Source: Octopus bimaculoides (taxonomy: Eukaryota). From it: a DNA stretch of 64,000 nucleotides. The DNA lies in assembly GCF_001194135.2 (NCBI RefSeq), contig NC_068981.1:99299132-99363131 (forward strand), in the 5' to 3' direction. The translations under genes and the position numbers were made by a program. Position 1 is the first letter of the stretch. Every line of letters begins with the position of its first letter. This document shows positions 58,375-64,000 of this stretch, in pieces. The notes under the pieces are model-generated. The model was not told where the DNA came from, made no database searches, and saw only the letters and a program-made list of their open reading frames with translations.

Positions 58375-61300
58375 TATATATGACAGGCTTCTTTCAGTTT
58401 CCGTCTACCAAATCTACTCACAAGACCGTTAGTTGAAAGGACCAATGAAACAAAACCATTTTCAAATGGGTATCCATTAAACTAATTCTATATGTTTGCT
58501 TATAATCTTATTCTTGTTCCATTTTAAACAAAACTGTCCAATGAACGGGAACGTGAAACTCTGAGTAGCAGTTTTTGTGATATTTTAGCTGCTTTTTAAT
58601 AAAGCATATTACTCTACGTCTGGTAATAGAGTACTATTTTTTCCACCTTGTTTCGCATTTATGTGCTTACTCTGGTATACATCTGCATATACATATATAT
58701 ACACACATATATGTATGTACATATACATACATACATATATGTATACACATATATATACATACATATACATACGTATACATATATATATACACACATATNN
58801 NNNNNNNNNNNNNNNNNNNNNNNNNNNNNNNNNNNNNNNNNNNNNNNNNNNNNNNNNNNNNNNNNNNNNNNNNNNNNNNNNNNNNNNNNNNNNNNNNNNN
58901 NNNNNNNNNNNNNNNNNNNNNNNNNNNNNNNNNNNNNNNNNNNNNNNNNNNNNNNNNNNNNNNNNNNNNNNNNNNNNNNNNNNNNNNNNNNNNNNNNNNN
59001 NNNNNNNNNNNNNNNNNNNNNNNNNNNNNNNNNNNNNNNNNNNNNNNNNNNNNNNNNNNNNNNNNNNNNNNNNNNNNNNNNNNNNNNNNNNNNNNNNNNN
59101 NNNNNNNNNNNNNNNNNNNNNNNNNNNNNNNNNNNNNNNNNNNNNNNNNNNNNNNNNNNNNNNNNNNNNNNNNNNNNNNNNNNNNNNNNNNNNNNNNNNN
59201 NNNNNNNNNNNNNNNNNTATATAGATAGATAGATAGATAGATAGATAGATGAGGAGGCAGCAATTAAGTAAGTATGGAACAGTAACATGGATATGATACT
59301 CTGGAAGAAACTTGCTCAGATTAGTAAGGAGACTGAAGTGAACTACCTTGACATCATAATCACAGTTGGAACAGAAAATCTGTTCTCACAGATAAACATC
59401 TCATTCTATATAAACAAAAGTGTTTGGCACAGAATAAGTTACATAGCTATTGATGTACAAAGACCATAAAAGGGAGATAAGTAAGATATGGAGTATAAAA
59501 GCAAAAAGAAGTATGAATAATAAATAACTGGTGCAATGGATATGAAAAAAGGGAATGTGAATAAAAATATAAACCTCACACTAAAATTCACAACTTACAC
59601 ACAGTCCATGAAACAGTCTAACTAGAGACAGTACACATTAACAAAGCGCTATGTAACGAAATAAGCTGATATAAGTTTTATGATCAGATGGAGGAAAAAT
59701 AAGAGACTTTTGTTAGGTTTATTACATTTACATTATTTTCTGATAGTAATATCACAGAAACAGATTAACAGTAATATAGACTGTTTAGAAGTTGTCAAGA
59801 AATGTCAGTTATGTTCAAGAGAAAAAAATGGTTTTTCTGATAAGGGAAAAGTCGTGATTACATGTTAACATCAGTTATCTAATTTTGAACACAGCTGTCA
59901 AATGAAAGTTTTGAATTACAGACTAAAAGATAAAGAAATAAATTAAGGAACTTCTGTCAGAAAGTAAGGCAAATATTTAGTCAAAAGCCCTAAACAATCA
60001 ATTAAAATATTATGTGTGGGTGGTGGTAGTGGTTGCGACAGTGGTGGTAACATTTAATATTGTAAGAGATGGCTTTTGAATGGCATCTTTGAGAGAGGGA
60101 AAGATGTAGCACTTGATGGAAATTAGGTCATGATTGAAAAGTTATGAGTAAATAAAACTTTTACAGCCAGCTGGAATGCTTCAACTGGTGTTCACAGAAG
60201 ACTGATAGCACTATCTATATTTTGATGCTAGATATATACCTAGTTGTTATTTTCAATTGCTGCGGGTGGCACATAAAATACACCATTTTGAGCGTGGCTG
60301 TTGCCAGTACCACCTGACTGGCCTTCGTAGGATTTTCGAGCGAGATCGTTGCCAGTGCCCCTGGACTGGCTCTTGTGTGGGTGGCACATAAAATACACCA
60401 TTTTGAGCGTGGCCATTGCCAGTACCGCCTGACTGGCCTTCGTGCGGGTGACACGTAAAAGCACCCACTACACTCTCTGAGTGGTTGGCGTGAGGAAGGG
60501 CATCCAGCTGTAGAAACTCTGCCAAATCAGATTGGAGCCTGGTGTTGCCATCCGGTTTCACCAGTCCTCAGTCAAATCATCCAACCCATGCTAGCATGGA
60601 AAGCGGACGTTAAACGATGATGATGATGATGATGTTGTTTAACATTAAGTTGAGCCAGGTCAAGCAGACCTATAATCATAGACATTCCAGCCATGATCAT
60701 CATACTTTTTAAAGGCAGATATAATGTACCTTAAACTACATTATCCAATATGTCTTTTAGCCACCTTTAACATTATATATGAACAAATTCAGTAAGTTAC
60801 TAGAAAGGGTAGGATCAGAAACTGAAATGCTGAGTTGTTAGAGTATGATAATAACTCTCTTGATGAGCTCTTACTCAACAACATCCTACTTGAATATTTA
60901 TTTAAATTATAAAAGTAAAGACTTAATTAATATTAGTTGTGTAAAATAAATTCTAAACATTCATAACAATTGCCTTAAAAGTTTAATCACAACAATGTCT
61001 CAATGATGTACATGTGAGTGCTTGTTCATTCACTGTCATATTGATGTGCACATGTAATATTTTTACATTCTCTCTTACTCTGTCATCTAATTCATTATGA
61101 ATTAATTTAAATATGGAATTACTTGTCTATTTCTTCACTCGTATCATGCCTTACCACCTTAAGAAAAATATAAAAGGGATCATATTAGATAATATGGTCC
61201 TAGATATACTAGGGTTGAAGGAGGGATAGGATAATGACAGCTGGGATGTTTTTAATTATAGATCAGTTCAGTCTTGGCTGAACTGGGCTTAAACAGCATC

Positions 61301-61502
61301 AACACTTCTCATCAGTCTAGAGATGCTTCCAAGAGCCATAAGTACTTTCACATATCGATTGAACTAAATAAATAAATAAGGTATACTTACAGGATAGAAT
61401 GTAGAACACTGTAGGTCCTTGTTCAAAGTCATTTAACTGCAACAGTTTCTCTACCTCTTCATTGGTAAATCGACCATGGAACAGTTCTCGTAAACGTAGA
61501 AC
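42585..61502 (-). CDS. SHFL: Shiftless antiviral inhibitor of ribosomal frameshifting homologue (C19orf66/RyDEN), 5'-partial: complement(join(42585..43003,48523..48701,51193..51296,54546..54692,55704..55744,61391..61502))
   Basis: Six AG/GT-bounded exons join in frame (333 aa). Blocks match human SHFL as recalled: VLRLRELFHGR~VRRLREKFHGK; RQFTCPPCNNMWWRVTPRRKPVSRCKLCQVRYDPVP~[52 protein letters not shown]~[24 protein letters not shown]~HSCSAADC; HSSTGSTVETFLTQ~HISSGSTVATCLSQ. Confidence 0.92.
43280..43870 (+). mobile_element. RTE-clade LINE RT fragment, highly decayed
   Basis: EMQFGFMPRKSTIDT and later RT-like segments. Confidence 0.7.
44156..44280. repeat. 56-bp imperfect inverted repeat with a 13-nt loop
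   Basis: Arms 44156-44211 and 44225-44280; 50 of 56 positions are Watson-Crick complementary (hand count). Confidence 0.92.
44357..45654 (-). mobile_element. Tc1/mariner transposon, both TIRs present, transposase disrupted
   Basis: TA|CAGGAGTTGGACAAAATAATGGAAACACCT ... AGGTGTTTCCATTACTTTGTCCAACCCCTG|TA; motifs FHDDNAPIH and WPPQSPDLNIIEHLW. Confidence 0.92.
46080..46900 (+). mobile_element. Penelope-like element remnant (RT to GIY-YIG)
   Basis: YGHYMDDC (RT box); decayed FKRYKNLRD linker; CTLSNLIYCIIC (GIY-YIG N-terminal strand). Confidence 0.65.
48523..48701 (-). CDS. SHFL: SHFL exon (CxxC, YPTRI, HSC..C)
   Basis: cag|(R)[59 protein letters not shown]+G|gtaag. Confidence 0.93.
51193..51296 (-). 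CDS. SHFL: SHFL exon (zinc ribbon)
   Basis: tag|VSRCKLCQVRYDPVPKDVEFGSAVFVCKSCNNEF+AG|gtaagt. Confidence 0.93.
51364..52290 (-). mobile_element. Truncated Tc1 transposon (one TIR)
   Basis: TA|CAGTACTGTGCAAAAGTTTT; fragments LMLWGYI, IFQHDGAPCH, WSAQSPGLNIIEHMW. Confidence 0.85.
54546..54692 (-). CDS. SHFL: SHFL exon (first CxxC, WW motif)
   Basis: cag|DMVAKLNYIRNNDKLVEEAKQNYIGLAIRQFTCPPCNNMWWRVTPRRKP|gtgagt. Confidence 0.92.
55704..55744 (-). CDS. SHFL: SHFL 41-nt microexon
   Basis: ttttag|CT+DTQELCRVLTEDA|gtaagt; supplies the phase 1 to phase 0 bridge needed between its neighbours. Confidence 0.75.
56190..56545 (-). mobile_element. tRNA-head SINE-like element carrying the hammerhead, with an inverted Penelope-like tail
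   Basis: A box TGGCGTAGTGG at 56444-56454, B box GAGTTCGATTCC at 56400-56411, HHR at 56275-56320. The tail GTTAACAACAAACAAGATGAGGACAAATATC is present in both orientations (56248-56276 and 56460-56490). Confidence 0.7.
56275..56320 (-). ncRNA. Minimal type-I hammerhead ribozyme motif
   Basis: Minus strand GACAC-CUGAUGA-A-GGCUG(gaggguauau)CAGCU-GAAAU-GUU-GUGUU: canonical core with stems I and II paired. Confidence 0.75.
57040..57900 (-). mobile_element. RTE-clade LINE 3' coding fragment
   Basis: MREKLDLRSIRCGVQEKQLRWYGHVVQMDEDSYVK, typical of the RTE C-terminus. Confidence 0.8.
58105..58430 (-). mobile_element. Composite SINE copy (3' module, microsatellite, truncated 5' module)
   Basis: Same modules as 159-317 and 5128-5332, separated by (TA)n/(CA)n. 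Confidence 0.75.
60262..60635 (+). mobile_element. RTE-type 3' end/SINE ending in (GAT)n
   Basis: …AGGAAGGGCATCCAGCTGTAGAAAC…CCATGCTAGCATGGAAAGCGGACGTTAAACGATGATGAT; copies at 22415-22560(-), 50816-50920(+), 11280-11490(+), 38030-38290(+), 63870-64000(-). Confidence 0.75.
61391..61502 (-). CDS. SHFL: SHFL exon (N-terminal RELFHG block)
   Basis: tag|VLRLRELFHGRFTNEEVEKLLQLNDFEQGPTVFYILS+T|gtaagt; phase 0 to phase 1. Confidence 0.88.
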
Positions 61503-64000
61503 CTACAACACAAAAAAAATTGGAGGATGTATGTATGTATTAATATACTCTCTCTTTTACTCTTTTACTTGTTTCAGTCATTTGATTGTGGCCATGCTGG
61601 AGCACCGCCTTTAGTCAAGCAAATCAACCCTGGGACTTATTCTCTGTGAGCCCAGTACTTATTCTATCAGTCTCTTTTGCCGAACCACTAAGTTACAGGG
61701 ACATAAACACACCAGCATCGGTTGTCAAGCAATGCTAGGGGGACAAACACAGACACACACACATATATATACATATATACGACAGGCTTCTTTCAGTTTC
61801 TGTGTACCAAATCCACTCACAAGGCTTTGGTCGGCCCGAGGCTATAGTAGAAGACACTTGCCCAAGATGCCACGCAGTGGGACTGAACCCGGAACCATGT
61901 GGTTGGTAAGCAAGCTACTTACCACANNNNNNNNNNCACTAAGTTACAGGGACATAAACACACCAGCATCGGTTGTCAAGCAATGCTAGGGGGACAAACA
62001 CAGACACACACACATATATATACATATATACGACAGGCTTCTTTCAGTTTCTGTGTACCAAATCCACTCACAAGGCTTTGGTCGGCCCGAGGCTATAGTA
62101 GAAGACACTTGCCCAAGATGCCACGCAGTGGGACTGAACCCGGAACCATGTGGTTGGTAAGCAAGCTACTTACCACACAGCCACTCCTGCGCCTATATAT
62201 ATATATATTGGTCTAAGGTCTAAAATTCTGACACAAGGCCAGCAATTTTGGGTGGGTAGGTAAGTCAATTACATCGACCCCAGTACCCAAATGATACTTA
62301 TCTTATTGACCCTGAAAGAATAAAAGGCAAAGTTGACCTTGGTGGAATTTTAACTCAGAAAGTAAAAGCATTTTGCCCAGGATGCTATTGATACTGCCAG
62401 CTCACTGCCTTTATATTAATGTGTATACTAAATGGTGATGTTAATGGTAGAGATAGTGAGGCTGGTATAGCGTTAATGGTGATGGAGGTGATGATGTGAT
62501 AGAGTGATGGTGGAGATGGTGAGTTTCATAAAATTTAAAACAGAGCTTCCTTGAAATTACTCAGTGTGTTTAAACATCTTTAAAAACAAAAACAACTTAA
62601 AATATCCTCTTCACTTCCTTTACAATGAGTTAGAGCAATAGAGCATATAGAGGAGCCCTTGACGTTGATACTGTTGATACCACTTTGAAATTTGGAAGGC
62701 TATTGTCTGTAGGTAAATCACGGACAATATGGGAGCAAGGTCTAAAATGGTTTGGAATTGAGGAGGTACACATCAGAAGAGGATGAAGAGAAGAGTAATA
62801 CAAAGGTTACTTTAACTTCAGTTAATAATTTCAAGTACAAAACTTTAACCCTTTACCATTCAGATTACTCTGTCAAATCTAACATTTATTTACTGTTTCC
62901 AAAACAATTATGCTATGAGATTTCAATGATGTGAATGCTTATTTTCTTTTTATATTTACTTCTTTATTTCTCACAGGGGGCTAAACATAGAGGGGACAAA
63001 CAAGGACAGACAAAGGGATTAAGTCGATTACCTCGATCCCCAGTGCATAATTGGTACTTATTTAATTGACTCCGAAAGGATGAAAGGCAAAGTCAACCTC
63101 GGCAGAATTTTTTTGATATTGTAGGGTAGGTATGAGAGGCTGGATCTAGCTGGTTTAAACATAAAACAGGTAGAATGTGGCCAGTTTAATCCTTTAGCAT
63201 TTAAACTAACCATCACTGACTAAAATAATCTACCAATTTTATCTTCAAACTAGCCAGATCTGGCCTCTCACATTTACCTTACAATATTATTCTAAAAATA
63301 AACAATCACATCATTGAATTCTCAAAGCTATGACATGATGCATAAATAATGTAAAACAATGTGAATAAATAAGCATTACATTTGACAGAGAAATCGGAAT
63401 GGTAAGAGATTAAATGCTTTAGAGTTAAAGATGGAATGTCTGTAATAAGATAGAATACTTATATCTAGAAAATTGATCAGATCCTGACGCCTGTCTCAAA
63501 ATGACACAGTTAGACATCTAATATTGTCACATCTAATGAGATCAAAGCTTGATAGACTGCTTCTATCTGAAAATTATGAGATAGATGGGTTCTCTCAATA
63601 ATATCAAGCAAAACCTCAAGAGTGAAACACTTTAATAGCCTAATGTATATCTTTCAACTCCTATGAAATATAGTAAGAAAAGTGAGATAGCTATCTTATC
63701 TTATAAGAGACATTAAAAATATAAACTGTATCCTTTAAGCAAACTAGTCTAAAAAAGCAAATTGCAAAGAGATTAATTTTAAAATAAACAATATAAGAAT
63801 ATCTAGTACAACATATAAAAATTTCTTATATAGACACAAGGCTACATATTTTGGAGGAGAGTAGGGATCATAATCATCATCACAACAACAACAATGTCCA
63901 CTTTTCCATGCTTGCATGGGTTGGATGGAGTTTATTGAGGCAGATTTTCTACAGCCAGATGCACTCCCTATCACCAATCCTTACCTGTTTCCAAGTAAAG

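Noticed and set aside
61680-62190. Tandem ~250-bp SINE duplication
   Set aside because: Identical copies on either side of a 10-N gap; assembly overlap artifact

Overview
AT-rich, repeat-dense animal genomic DNA with (TA)n/(CA)n microsatellites and several N gaps. The SINE, RTE and Penelope families look like those of an octopus (coleoid cephalopod); this is inference. Three spliced protein genes can be rebuilt from splice signals and frame: (1) the last two exons of AMDHD1/imidazolonepropionase (+); (2) a nearly complete AHCY/S-adenosylhomocysteine hydrolase (+), whose first intron has a GC-AG donor and which lacks one exon, probably lost in an N gap; (3) six exons of a Shiftless (SHFL/C19orf66/RyDEN) antiviral frameshift-inhibitor homologue (-), convergent with AHCY, with its start exon not found and probably beyond the window. 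Introns and intergenic DNA hold degenerate Gypsy LTR elements, Tc1 and pogo transposons, RTE and Penelope remnants and many SINEs. Most notable: the invertebrate SHFL; a tRNA-promoter plus hammerhead-ribozyme element sense to SHFL in its intron; LTRs flanked by both PPT and PBS; and two long hairpins.
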